Notes: generated from the sequence alone by a model not told the origin. Counted from the first letter of the whole stretch, positions 1 to 12,957 are shown. The stretch: 63,702 bases of DNA, filler included, from Choristocarpus tenellus KU-1152 (GCA_964200185.2; 11 parts of 11 records of this genome joined end to end with filler, not necessarily neighbours in it); one strand, 5' to 3'. Made by a program: numbers and translations.

Positions 1-25
1 GGGGTGAAGACATGCAGGATATAAA

Positions 26-98
26 AGAGCACAAAGCAAAGAGCACAGAGCACAGAGCACAGAGCACAGAGCACACACACACACACACACACACACAC
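26..98 (+). repeat. (GAGCACA)n followed by (CA)n microsatellite
   Basis: Read directly from the sequence. Confidence 0.9.
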
Positions 99-801
99 AA
101 GTAAACAAATTAAAATCAAGGAGGCAGTAAGCCATTTGTAGGGCTCTACGCTAGACCGGCTAACTGTAACAGGGTCCGAATGAGGAGCCTGAGGGCAATC
201 ATCTACAGGGCTGCACCACAAGACAGCCTGGCGCAAATATACTTAAGAGGAAGAAGGCCTGGGCTATGACTTAAACAGGGTTGGGACACAGGCTGTCTCA
301 AGCAACATATATTTCCAAAGGGCCAGGTCAATTCTCGAGTCACTCAGCCTGGGCCAGGTGTTGTTGCACACAAATTGAAAATTGTTATTTGAATTCCGAA
401 TTTCAAAAATACATATATATATATATATATGTATCGCATAGAGACGGTGTATGCTAGGATCATATTGACGATTTCATACAGAAATTTTTAAATGTATATC
501 AAAAGGACAGCTATAGAAGTAACAACAATGGTCAACTCTTTACCCTACCCAGTGCACAGAGCCCTTTCGATAGGGTCAGCCTTGGTAAGATAGGATTAAA
601 CAGGGCCAGGCCAAGACATAAGAACCTCAACAAGGACAGGACCTGAGCTGGCCCAGGTAAGATATTCTTCTGAAGGGGTTGGTCCAGGGCCTCAAGGGGT
701 GTAACAAGGTCAGGCCACCCAGGCCAGCCTAGTAACCTCCCGGTGTGGTGTAAGGTTATGGTTATTTGTGCAAGTGTGAAGTATGACAGGTTTGCACCTA
801 C

Positions 802-2977
802 CTTAATATCGTACAGCTCAACAATGTTGCCATGTCGAAAGCTCTTAAGTATTGATATCTCCGACTCTAAGTTCTCCTGAAGCTTTCCCTGCAAACCATG
901 TAGATGAGTTCCATTTCGGAAGGACCACACGCATGCATGAGCCAGGGGGGGAAGCAGGGTCGGCACCAGGACTAGGTGAAGTTAGGGGGGAGGGAAGGTA
1001 GAATTCGCAAGATATAGCCCAGATCTGTAAAGATGCACATTAGCTGTACATGCCTTCCAATTCAAACAAAGTGTTAAGATGCTGCACGGTATGGACACAA
1101 GAGGTGGAACAGCATCCTGGACTACTGAAAGGCGGGGGGCTTCAATGGGATGTAAAAATCAGGTGCATAAGCGCCAAGCTGGAAACTAGTGCCCAAGCAT
1201 TCATGATCATATTCCACGCATCATCAACAACCAGATTCTTATACTTGAGGATACGAATGCTCCCTCTTCGCAATCCTTCAGTTACAGCAGCAGTGAGAAG
1301 AAACACCACCATTCTCATTCCAATAATGCAGCCAACGACTGGACCGAACACGCCTCCCAAGGCAAGCATAAACACTTTGAACCCCTGAGAGTAGTAAATA
1401 TGGTGGGAAAAAATGGTAGCACACCAATTTTGAGGACAAATCGGAGATTTCCTCCAACCAGATATGGAGGCATCAGAAGGTCGGCATGGCAAAATAAATT
1501 ATACTGTCAGCAGAGACATATAACAATGTCAGTATATTCTCAATACTTCATACCATCATCAGTTTCTTTCACAGGTAGTCATACTTTTCCACCAACTCCA
1601 TCAATTTTATATATACTACCCTGATACCTATACAGTGTCACACATTATCTATGCCATCCTGACATCCTGATATCCTCCACTCCAGCACTAGCTACATAAT
1701 GGGGCAGTGGTTCATTGCAGCAACTAAATCCTTGTGAATTTTCCATTCCTCTACTTCAAAAGTATATATTTTCCAATATTTTATTCATCCACCACGCCCA
1801 CGGGAGAATCATTGGCCTTTGACTTCAGGCATCGTAGTACTTGAGCGTATCAATGGAAAAGCAAGGATATTTGCATCCCACAGCAATCACATACAAATGG
1901 TCCATACATAGCAGGGGTATATAGGTAGGGCAGACATTGAGGTGACAGGAATTCCATTAGAGAAAACATTTGAAATATCTATGATAACTACAACAAAATA
2001 CACCAAAAAAAGCACACAAACTGACTAATTAACCCAATCCCAAAATACACAAACTGGAAACGTGACCTGAAGGCGTAGCTTGCTAAGGCCTTCATCGATA
2101 CTTCCGCTGCCACATCCTGGTCCTTTGCCAAGTATACCTTGAAGGGTCGACAATGATGTATCTACAACGAACACAACAAAATATGTGATTTTCCGACAGT
2201 GTAAGCTGGAAATTCAGCCTTACGTCAAAATATCCAATACGAGAACGTTACCTGGAGACGTGACCGACTAATGGCCTTCATGGCCACCTCCGTTCCCGCA
2301 TCCCGATGCTTCGCCAAAAATACCTTGTCGGGTCAAAAGGGAAGGACGATGTAGGAGCACAAAGGTTGCTCAGGCCTAAGATAATCACATTGTAGGTAAT
2401 AAAACGCCATTATCTTAGCCATCGGAGCACTCAGAAGGTTGCCCTGGGCTGTGATTGTCACCCACAGATGTATCAATTCTTAAGTTGAAGTTGAAGGTTA
2501 TTTCCAAAACAGGACAAGTGTGGTTCGCACACCCTACCAGCTGGCAGTCACACATGTTTGCATCTTCAAACAAGCGTATGTTTCTCTACATATCGACCTT
2601 ATCCGTCACCAATAAACTGATCCATCTGGTTGAGCGCACTAGGGCGCTTGGCGCGGTCGTTGGGATAACCTGATGCTAACAAGGTTAGTGGGTGTTTACG
2701 CATCCTTACAGCCTCACGACTTAACGAAGAAGATGACATAGCGAAAAATTGATCTTCCCGATGGAAAAGATTGTTTTGGCAAAAGAGGAGAGGACCCTTA
2801 CCTTGTATAGTTCACTTGAAACACAGTCCCAGCACAAAGTAGTCACGGATATTAATTAATCTTGGTCGGTACAACCCTCTGTCCCCCTAACAAGGTACCC
2901 TCGTTACTCACCGTAGCGAAGGAGCCCTCACCGAGATGACCCACCAAGATATACTTTCCAACTGAGCGGCTCATCAT
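802..2977 (-). CDS. ATG1: ATG1/ULK-family Ser/Thr protein kinase, 5' exons (gene continues beyond window start)
   Basis: GT-AG exons, all phase 0: 2977-2912 (MMSRSVGKYILVGHLGEGSFAT), 2323-2252 (VFLAKHRDAGTEVAMKAISRSRLQ), 888-802 (GKLQENLESEISILKSFRHGNIVELYDIK). Gly-rich loop GxGSFA, VAxK lysine, and the KLxENLESEIxIL helix C typical of ATG1. Confidence 0.85.
2067..2137 (-). pseudogene. Tandem duplicate of ATG1 exon 2 with a 1-nt deletion (pseudo-exon)
   Basis: AG|GTATACTTGGCAAAG...CTTCAG|GT, 71 nt versus 72 nt for exon 2. Encodes VYLAKDQDVAAEVSMKA, then frameshifts. Confidence 0.8.
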
Positions 2978-3845
2978 TGTCACGGGAGCGTATGGGGGAG
3001 CAGCATCACTGATCCATGCACAAGTCGATAAACAGTACCAGGGTGAGGTTGTTGGAGTCTTTCTTGTCGCTTACGGGGGGGTAAGCACACCAAGTATCAA
3101 GGAAGATGGATCCACACCGTCAACACCTACTAGCGCATCAATTGTTGAAAAAAGTGAGGTGGGTGGGATCAAGGAAGACCCCGGCAGGTTTGGGTAGATC
3201 AAAAACAAAAATCCACTTCGAAACGGCCCGGCTTTTTGCCAAGATAATCAAACGGTTCGTGTCTTCCACGAACGGCCTGAACTGATGTCGAAGATTACTC
3301 TAAAACATACAAGTTTCCATCTCCCCCCACCACCCTGTCCTGTGGGAGGGGCCTCGTTTAAAGTGATGAGAGATTCAACAAAATGACAAACTGCTTAAGT
3401 GTGACATTGCTCACACTCATTATCTTATTTTTTGAAGATATATGGATATGATGGCAAATCGTGCCTCCACGTGCTCAGTGCATTCGACCATGACCAACAT
3501 TTTAAATAAAAGTTAATATAGAGGTAATATAAGACCATATTGGAGGGGGAGGTAAGGTAGGTAAGTGTATGTAAGAAGGACTCGTTTGTACTACACAAAC
3601 ACTAAGTAGTAGTAGTAAGAATAGTAGCAGTATATCTTAGTATAGGTATATATATAGTATATATAAATAGTAACGTAGTAGTAGTATTACAAAATAATCC
3701 AGAACCTTACCGTGATGGGATATGCCCCTCCAATACTTAAGAACGGATGTGGACCATGAAGCTCGTACAAGGCTCCATGATGCACAAGTCGTCAAGTATG
3801 GTGTATCTCTCACTTCGATCATTCACTTCATAAGTATTTTTTGTT

Positions 3846-3921
3846 GGCTCAGAGTATCTGGGGGGGGGTGGCAGCTGTCCATTTGGGACCAATTTTTTCA
3901 TGTCGCGATTTTTTGGTGATT
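3846..3921 (+). mobile_element. MITE family 2 left-end fragment
   Basis: GGCTCAGAGTATCT(G)n...GTCCATTTGGGACC matches the full copies at 41176 and 42788. Confidence 0.8.
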
Positions 3922-3952
3922 AGCTGGTAGTAGAATAGTAGATAGATGATTT

Positions 3953-4570
3953 GGTACACCACTCCGTCCCTGTACCTCTAACCTAGCTAGTCCTACATCC
4001 CAGGGTGAGGGGCTAGGGAAGCATCTCACGAATCTAACAGACCCCTCATTGCCCATCTCCCTGGTGTCTCCAGCTTTAAATGCATGACACATCTGGATAG
4101 GGCTGCTTGCTTTGTGACAGAGACTATCTGTTGTAGACGGGATTTGACAGCCCCTTTTCTGTTGTAGCCTCCTGCCCCTCTAACCCCTACTGCATGTGTA
4201 GCTAACTCACCCAGAAAAATTTCCGCTTGCTTACCGAGGCGCCCAAAACTTTCCACTTCGAAGGTGTTAAGGATATATCTACGAGAGTCATAAGAGCCCT
4301 CGTAGTGGGTGTGCTTTCGTGCCTCAGCTGCAGCAGCAGCTTCACCGTTGCTAGTGGATGATTGTAGTAATGGGAGACTGCCTGCACTTCTGCAGACGTA
4401 GCATCTAGAAGGAGACCTTTGTCTCGGTAGGGAGCTGATCCGGCATCCGCAAGTGCCCCAGTATGGAAGACCAGATCCATGCGGAAATTAAGGTCCACTG
4501 TAAATGGGCTACCGTCCCTCATAGTGCAGGCGATACCCATTCCTTTGCAGAGTTGACTGAGACACATCAT
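3953..4570 (-). mobile_element. CRE-like (RLE-type) non-LTR retrotransposon 3' fragment
   Basis: Frameshifted ORF: DGSPFT..RMDLVF..LLLDAT..EVQA..ESFGRLGKQAEIFLGELA. This is the restriction-like endonuclease C-terminal pattern (RxD...D...E.FG.LG). Homologous copies at 13878, 20662 and 29890. Confidence 0.7.
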
Positions 4571-4881
4571 AAGTATTATCATCAGGATATAAAAGGAACT
4601 GGCAACAATATACCCCCTCAATGCGGCATGATAATAAATAAATAGTCAAGAAGTACAAATATATAAAATCTAGGACTTCTAGGTCATAATGGCGTTTATG
4701 AAACTGCCATCAAGACATATCGCCTGTAACACTAGTAGTAGTAAATATATTTATTAGGTGAGTTGTTTTTTGTTCAAGAAGTCTTTTGAAAGTCACCACT
4801 ACTCTTCTTGCATTAAAAGTGTTGTAATCTTGAAATTTTCCTTATTTTAATACACCTTTCCGTGAACTTTTGGTGGTAAGT

Positions 4882-4925
4882 GGGTCAGAGTATCTGGGGG
4901 GGGGGTGCCGGCGTCCGTTTTTCAC
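4882..4925 (+). mobile_element. MITE family 2 terminus at contig end
   Basis: GGGTCAGAGTATCT(G)n...CGTCCGTTT. Confidence 0.75.
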
Positions 4926-5025
4926 NNNNNNNNNNNNNNNNNNNNNNNNNNNNNNNNNNNNNNNNNNNNTTAATTAATTAANNNNNNNNNNNNNNNNNNN
5001 NNNNNNNNNNNNNNNNNNNNNNNNN
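4926..5025. other. Artificial contig spacer (N44-TTAATTAATTAA-N44)
   Basis: Identical 100-nt spacers also at 9579-9678, 15057-15156, 27098-27197, 34014-34113, 44027-44126, 48027-48126, 52800-52899, 55801-55900 and 61032-61131. The palindromic core puts stops in all six frames. Confidence 0.98.
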
Positions 5026-5044
5026 CCAAACCCCCCTTTCCCAA

Positions 5045-5076
<32 letters not shown>

Positions 5077-5142
5077 AAACCCCCCCCCACCCCCCCCCCC
5101 CCCCCCCCCCCCCCACCCCTCCACAACAAGTTCCATCCTCAC

Positions 5143-7370
5143 GTTATCACAAAGGAGATGAGGTACAAGTAGAACCAACGGTAGTTCCACCCCCCCACAC
5201 AATTCCCAACAAAAGGACAGTGATGGTCATACGCCCTCACACATCTCTTGCAAACCCGGCAGTGCTTTGTACGAGGAGGTTTCTCAATACAGCAGGTGTA
5301 GCATGCCGATGCTCCCCCCATGGGCCCCAGTTCCCGAAGCCTCTCCACTGGGTCTCCAACAGCCAGTAGGCCCGTTGCAGCACCCTCCCCTCCCCTCCCT
5401 CCGCCGTTCCCAATGACCTCTCCATCCCCTTCCCCCCTGCCGTTGAGAATATCAAGGCGATTCTGGAAAGCTCCAGCAAGAACGGGGTCCTTGGTATTCA
5501 CATAGCTGCAACAGGCACAGGCCACAACAGTGAAATGTTTGAACAGTTATGAAAAAAAAAAAACTAGGCGAGTGCCACGTGTGTGTGTGTGTGTGCAACA
5601 GTCAAGATACAGAATGGTTATTGATATTTTTTTATTATTTTCTAAAAATATATTTTAAAAAATAAAATCATTTTATCTCCTGCTCTCTCTCTCTCTCTAT
5701 GTACATATAGAAAGAAAGATAGATAGATAGATAGATCTATTCATGTATTCAAAATTCATTTCCATCTGTCAGCTCTCTTACCTAGACCTGTCGTGTACAT
5801 TAATGCATCATACAGCAGTAGTACTACACCTTACCATATGATTGTACTGGGTAGTGCCAGAAAACACTATAATACTGCCGTTATAATAATAATAATAATA
5901 GTATACACAGTAAAGTATAACAGAACAAACAATAATAATAATAGTAATAAATAGTATGACCCTACCAGTAGCGATATCAAGTAGACTAATCCGCTTCAAT
6001 CAGCTAGAGACACGAGGCCGGTAGGTGAGTCAGGTTCATATCCATTTCAAGGATCATTACTGTGTCTATGTACATGCACCACAACTCAATAGCACTTCAT
6101 CTAACAAACATCCTTTCAGTGTCACACAAATCCACAAAACAAACACCCCTCACTCTAAAAATATATATATATATATATATTACAAAATAATAATAATAAG
6201 AACACAATAATAATTCATTAAGGCCCACATCTAACCGGGGGAAGAACACTCTGAATACATAGAATACATAGAGTGTACAACATAGCATATTGGAAGGGTC
6301 AAAACAATTACAATTGAGAATTGAGTAAGCCCTTCTGGTTGGTCAACATAATAGGTCAGACTTTTCTTGGTTTACTTTTTTATCGTTTGTTAGACAGGAC
6401 ATACCCCAAGAGACCTCTCAACATCCCCTCCCATCCAATTAAAGAAATCTTGCTTTTGCTACTACTTGCTCGTCCTTGGCTCGCCCACCCACCCCTTCTA
6501 CCCCCCATAGATACATTACTATTGTTATTACTACTATCATCATTCACCAAACAGGGTTGAAGGCTACCAATAGACCCTGACATGATATTTTGCGTAGACA
6601 CAACACCTGTTTCCCAGAACAATAAAATTCTTATTGTTCCTGGTGAACTTCAACCTTAGAAAACAAAACAAAAACATCCCAACTCCCAAAACTATAGAAT
6701 CCTACCATTTGAAAAATGGAACTTTTTTAACAACCATCTCACGGCATCACCTCTTGTGAATAATCTGGGTTAACCCTATATCCCCGTTAGAACCTGTTCT
6801 AATAGGAGAGGGGAAAAAAAAAAGGTATATATATATATATATACATCTCCCTATCAATCTCAATACATCTTCCTATCAATGTCTTGACGGCTGACCAAAC
6901 TACCACATCTAATCATGTACTATCTGCATCTTCTCAAGAGTGTTGAACCATGTAGTTGGATGCAGAGGCAGTGATGTCACACACCCTCTCACGAACATGA
7001 GGTTCTTCTGCGATTGACCTCTGACACTTTCACTAGGAGTCTTACTTCTTTTTCTTATATATATATATAAATATATATATATAATTACTTCTTTTTTTTA
7101 ACTGTTCCAGTTCAGTTACTCTTCGGTTGTGTTACGACCAATCCAACTGTAAAGCCCCGATTCACCTTATTATTCTTATTATTCTGATCCGGCGAGAGAT
7201 AGAGACAGAGAGAGTCCAAGGCCATCAAACACACTACCACCTAGTAGATCTCAAAACACACAGAATGTAACACATTGCCGGACTGCTACTGTTTACAGAA
7301 AGGATTCAACGAGACTGGCACAGGGGTGTCAAAGACATTTTTAACCAGAGCCAAGTCTAGACCCAGGTTC

Positions 7371-7413
<43 letters not shown>

Positions 7414-7839
7414 CGCCTCAGACAGTAATACAACTCTTGCTGACATCCTCCGCACTATGATATTTCATCTCTAGGGGATGAGGGAAATAGCATTGGGCTA
7501 TTGAAGAATAATAGTTACAAGATCTTAATAAAAAATCATAAGAAGCACAGAATACACATCCAACTCCCTCCCCCTCCCCTTTGAAAAAAAGTCCCCAATT
7601 ACCATTGTATTAACATTACAGTACCATTGAGTATCATTGCACCTCCTGTAGTAGTTAGTTGCTGTACCCTCTTACAGCACATCATTCATCAAAAATTATT
7701 CCACTCAATGGCATTCACCGGTAGCTTTTCTTTTTTAAGGTATCCAAACAACTTACGACAACCCTAACCTTAAAAAAATACAAAATAAAGCTATTTTCCT
7801 CTGGTTACCATTTAGTTCGAACATTTGACAGTTCAGGTG

Positions 7840-7873
<34 letters not shown>

Positions 7874-8373
7874 TAAAAAACACACACACACAAGATGGCA
7901 CGCAAGATTCTTCACAAAAACACACCGTCAGAGCTGTTTATCCCTAAAACACTTCACTAACGGTATACTACTCAGTCTTCCTACTATTCTACACCACCCG
8001 CTGTAAAAAAAAAATTGCAAGAAACGCCTTCCCAACGAGGTATTTTTCCCCGTCCGGCCAGCCTGTTCTAAATACTGATGACTCACAAGAAGTAAAAGCA
8101 GTAGCCCTTCCAACCAGAAATATCCCTGACCAACGCCCGCCTAAAAAATACCCTCTTCAAATCACTCCGATTTTAGTCACTGTGATAGGTTCACACCACA
8201 CCATCATAGACGCCTTCCACTCACCCCGGATCACTCAACCACACCATCACAAGGGACACCCACATCAGAGTCTGCATGGTCAAGACCATGGTAAGCAAAC
8301 TGGCCACACCATCCAGCTCCAAAAACACCTCCTCCCCAAAGAAGCAGTGCAATATAACCCAACCAACAAACGC
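5143..8373 (-). CDS. DHHC-type protein S-acyltransferase (palmitoyltransferase), internal exons
   Basis: Exon 8373-8225 ([10 protein letters not shown]...LVMMWLSDP-GG|gtgagt) splices in phase 2 to exon 5505-5143 (G-YVNTKDP...[48 protein letters not shown]). DPG motif plus the DHHC cysteine-rich domain. Confidence 0.92.
7371..7411 (+). repeat. (CA)n microsatellite (intronic)
   Basis: Read directly. Other simple repeats nearby: (TAA)n about 7840-7870, (GAGGGA)n about 8423-8460, (TG)n 8581-8610, (GA)n about 9147-9175. Confidence 0.9.
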
Positions 8374-8579
8374 CTTTTTTCAATGAAAAAAAAAAAATTT
8401 ACCCCACATCCATGAGGTGAGAGAGGGAGAGGGAGAGGGAGAGGGAGAGGGAGAGGGAGAAAGTAGAGGTTGAGTATTGTTCTCAAGTGTTGGGCATACA
8501 TACACACTTATCAATTGACTGAGGCGTACTGAAAACATGGGGCCATGGATGGAGAAGTCAACACACCTCTTTTCTTGGG

Positions 8580-8614
<35 letters not shown>

Positions 8615-9143
8615 GACCTATGTAACAAAATATACATAAGCATTGATCTAGGCATACTAATTGCTCCTCAGTGCACCTACCTGCACAAGCTAAGGACACA
8701 AGAAAAGTCAGGTAGTGCACTATACATACTATACTTCACGACAAAACAGAAATTGTACCATAAACCTAAACACCTCACAAGGTGCAAACCCCCCCCCCCC
8801 CCCCCCCTCTTTTTTTTTTTTTTTTTTTTTTCTTTATCTTTGTTACAACACCCGTGATAAACACCACCNNNNNNNNNNTATACATCACCACAAAACCAAA
8901 ATTTTACCACAAACCCAAACACCCCACCAGGTCCAACCCCCCCCCCCCCCTTGCATTCTTTTTGCTCTTTTTTTTTCCAGTCTACTGGACTGAAGCCAGG
9001 CATTGAATGCACCGGCTCCTCGTGCGTCTGGATACGACTGCACGAAAGGGGAGTGCCAAAAAGTTAATACGCCATTCATCCATGTGTATAGTGAGAACAA
9101 GAGTGATATCATGAAATGAACAACTTTACACATTGTTGTTAAC

Positions 9144-9175
<32 letters not shown>

Positions 9176-10368
9176 CCAGTGTAATCTCCTCAGATTCAAA
9201 ACAGAAGAGAAGGGGTCACCCCTCCCACTTCATTCACACTGCAGTAGCACCGATCTCTCATACAACCAGAAGAGTCTCCATTCACCAGTAACAGTGAACG
9301 GGGTCGACCAAGTAAAATAATAAAATAATTTACTCATGTCGAGGATGAGTCAAAAATTACCCAGAGAGGTACGTTACATGTGTGAATATAAATAATAAAA
9401 ATAACCCCTCCTCCCTCTCTTGACTTCTTGTGACTCGAAAGCATAACGACCGTTTCAATCAATAAATCAATCAATAAATAAATCAAGCTATTATCGCTAC
9501 ACCAATAGCTACTGCATACACGAGGCAAACGCCTGCCGTACATGCAAGGAAGATGGGCAGGGGGGACACTAGCTGATGNNNNNNNNNNNNNNNNNNNNNN
9601 NNNNNNNNNNNNNNNNNNNNNNTTAATTAATTAANNNNNNNNNNNNNNNNNNNNNNNNNNNNNNNNNNNNNNNNNNNNATTAGGCGTTTATTATTAATAG
9701 CGTCAAAGAAAAAATACAGAGGGGGTAGGGGGGGGGGGGGGGGCAAAGTTTAGGTGCAAACAGGCAAGCAGGCATACACATGGCAGTCACACAGAACAAT
9801 AAGAGTGAACAGAGGGAGGGAAGGGGGGGAGGGTAGTGAGCGAGGGGCATGGTCAGGGGAGGGTCGTCAACTCTGCTAGGTCAGCGTCACGTCTTTATGG
9901 AAAGAATTTTGTTTCCCAATTCCTAACCCTTCCTCAACCGTGACCCTCAAAACACTGTAAGCCCATCCTTTTCCTCCTCTGGATAAAGAACTTTGCCTCC
10001 CCAGCTTTAAAAAATCTCATCGCCACCCAACACACTTACATTCTGCATATTGTCAGGGGTAGAGCATGATGGGAGAGGGGGGAAGGAACAGGGGTAGCTG
10101 CAACATTACCCACACACTTACCAAGGGTCTCACCTACGCACAAAAACTATGTACAATGTGCCATCTGTCTACATGAGAAGAGATACGATCAAGTAAACGC
10201 CACACAGAGCCCTCTCTTCCATATACACTGACGCCTACGGCATAAACCAAAGTATCCACCTCTAAAAAAGCACACCCTAAGTCCTACTTAACATGCCCAC
10301 AGTGGACCCTTACCCTTACCCTTTCCCTGCCCCCCAAAAAACAACCATCAACCACCAGTAATAGTCAC

Positions 10369-12621
10369 CTGAAGTCGAGTCTTTAACACTCGCTCTGCCA
10401 GCTCATCCAAGGCCCGGAACCCCTCTGCCACCAAAGCACCTCCCCACCTTCTCCTCGCCTCTTCTGCCCGCTGTAGAAGCGACCTCTTCTCCGCAGAGAG
10501 CAGCGACCGGGCCACCAGATCATGCAGGGTACTCAACTCCAAGCGTTTCCTGTCCAGAAGCGCAGCAGCACTGGCACGGTTGTGTGCTGCAAAGCAGAGA
10601 GCAATGGTCATGGGCTGTGGCTGCTCCTTCAGGTGCTCTCTGCGTGCCTCCAATGTCAGCTCCAGCAAGCGTGCAACCGTCTCCTCATACGCTGTCCACA
10701 ATTCTTCCACCAGCTCACACATTTGCGACAGGTCATTGTTCAAAAGCATCACAGGGGAAGGGGGGGACGACGACTCCGACAGCAATGCATCCTCCCCACC
10801 TTCTCTCCTCCCACCTTTCTCGTCTTCACCCCCCTGCCGCTCCCCACCCCGGCCCTCTTGCCGACCACCATCACTACGACGGAAGTCACTACCCTTAGCA
10901 TCACCCTCACCTGTTTCCCTTGTGTCTGTGAGGAAGGCTAGTGTGCAAGGGAGGGTAAGTGTGTGCAGCACCCATGTCAGCTGCGTCAGCCAATCCACCA
11001 AGGCACTCTCAGCCTCCTGAAGGCGGGGGGCAAATTGAGGGTTCCAGTCCAATCCCTGGACACTTCCGGCCACAGTACCAGTTCCCGTACCAACCAGACC
11101 ATCCTCCTGGGCAGACACAACACCAGTGCTGGACAATATAACACGGCATCGTTGAGTAGCCTTGTCCCTTGCAGCAGCACTCCTCTCCAGCTGGTCAAAC
11201 AGATCACGCTCTTCACCACCCCCCCCATCCCCCCCCCTAGTCTGCTGTTGTCGCCGCGTAATCATTGGCACAGACAGCGAACCTCTTCCGGTCCCACCAG
11301 CTGAGTTGACTGCCCCCCTGGCCCCCTCTGGTGGATGGTAGGTCAACAACCAGTCCCCTTCAGACATGTCACGCACAGCCCTTCCAAAACTTATTTCCCC
11401 CAGAGGATCAGCTCCGGAGCCAGCCAAGGGACTGTCATCCTTGACCCTATCTCTAGCCCCAGTCAATACCCCAGCCCCACCCTCCACAGCAGCAGCAGCC
11501 TGCGCAACACCCACCACTTGTTTCAGCAGGTCCTGGGTTACTGGGGCACGAATACGAAGGGTATTCAATGCCCCTCTTACCTTTCCCCCACGACCAGTCT
11601 CCATGCTACCACCAGTGGCCTTAATCCCTTCTTCCTGAATCTCTGGTTTGGTTTTATTTGCACTATTTGCCTCAGATATCAACACCGGCGAGACCTGTGA
11701 ATCCTCCCCCCCCTCACTACCAACGGTCCTGCTGGACGAGCTGCAGGCTGTGAGCTTCACCACCTTGTTCAGAGAAAAACCTCCTCTGGTCATGCCCTTG
11801 TCCAGGGCTTTAAGTAGGCGATCCCGACAACTCCGGCACTTGATATCCTCCACCCGCGCATGAATCTGGACGAGACCCCAAGACATTGTGGAAGACCGAG
11901 AGAGTTAGATTTAGGATCAAAAGTCTGAAACGACGTCAAATAAACATACAACACAACAATTAGTAGAAGAGATGATGAGCATGGAAAATGAGTTCATCCA
12001 TCCCATTCATGCAAAGGGGAGTTTGAATAAAACATCGGTCCATTACCAACAAAAAAAATCCACCACGAACGAGCCATTTGACGACCTTCAAACAAGGAAA
12101 AGAGGAGTAATGAATTGGCTTCCACCTACCTCATCAAGACTAATTTCCAGTGATGGGGGGAATTCCTGTGCGAATGCCTTGAACTGTTTCGCCGTAAATC
12201 CCTGCCACATCCACCTCCTCTCCGCTGCCTGACGAATGCCAAGGCTGCCCCCAAGCCACTGGCCGTTGTGGCACTCGTCGGTAGCAGTCTTGTCCCTATC
12301 CCTCTCTCTATCTCTATCCCCCGACACCGGTATCTGACGATCCACCTCGGAGGATCCCGAATCGCATCCTCGGCGAGAATCTCCACCCTGACGTTTCAAT
12401 GCATGTGTTCCTATCTGCCCAACTCTCAACACAGAGTCTTGACCTCCATGTGCTGGCAAGGATCCATTCGCACCTACAAAATCGACCCCAACTTTCTCTG
12501 CACTTGCCCTGCTACCAGTGTCCTCATCGAAAAGGCCCTCGTCATTTGACCGCTCCACTCCAGTCTGACCCTTGGAGCCCGGTCTCGACTTCTTCTTTCC
12601 CTTCCCTTTCTTCCCTGCCAT
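10369..12621 (-). CDS. Hypothetical protein, first two exons (Lys-rich N-terminus, CxxC, helical/coiled-coil C-terminal part); 3' end missing
   Basis: Exon 12621-12130 (MAGKKGKGKKKSR...EISLDE|gtaggt) and a 1497-nt open exon 11865-10369 (cag|IHARVEDIKCRSCRDRL...KTRLQ|gtgact), joined in phase 0. Confidence 0.8.
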
Positions 12622-12888
12622 CGCCGTGAACCCCTCCCCCCTTACCCCCACTTGGGGGATCCTGACGTATCAGTCCTAGCCCAGTAGGTTCAAAGCAAGC
12701 TCAATTATACTTCAAAGAGCTTGGCAAAGAATGCACACAAAATTGTGCTAACCCCCAATCTGCCATGTATAGTCAGAGTGCAGACCAATCGAAAAAGAGG
12801 TCGTGAAATGGGGTCTTCAGAAGAATTTATCGATAGGCATATACTAATGTCATTCAAATAGCCCTGCAAGTCGAGGGGAGAGCACCAC

Positions 12889-12957
12889 GGTGTTCTAGGG
12901 GTGTTCTAGGGGTGTTCTAGGGGTGTTCTAGGGGTGATCTAAGGATGTTCTAGGGGA
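12889..12957 (+). repeat. 11-bp minisatellite (GGGGTGTTCTA) x~6
   Basis: Read directly; the last two units are degenerate. Confidence 0.9.

Noticed and set aside
1142-1492. 116-aa hydrophobic ORF inside an ATG1 intron
   Set aside because: No recognisable motif or convincing splice structure; cannot support it as a gene.
4926-5025. Recurrent TTAATTAATTAA palindrome between N runs (10 times)
   Set aside because: Artificial contig-joining linker, not a biological repeat; ORFs running into it are artefacts.
8950-9145. Possible further upstream exon of the DHHC gene
   Set aside because: Acceptor-like sites exist, but the donor falls in low-quality poly-G/gap sequence, so the frame cannot be fixed.
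10369-11865. Genome-wide TAA/TAG-to-Gln recoding
   Set aside because: This 499-codon Gln-rich exon and the conserved genes contain no in-frame TAR codons, so the standard code fits the host genes.
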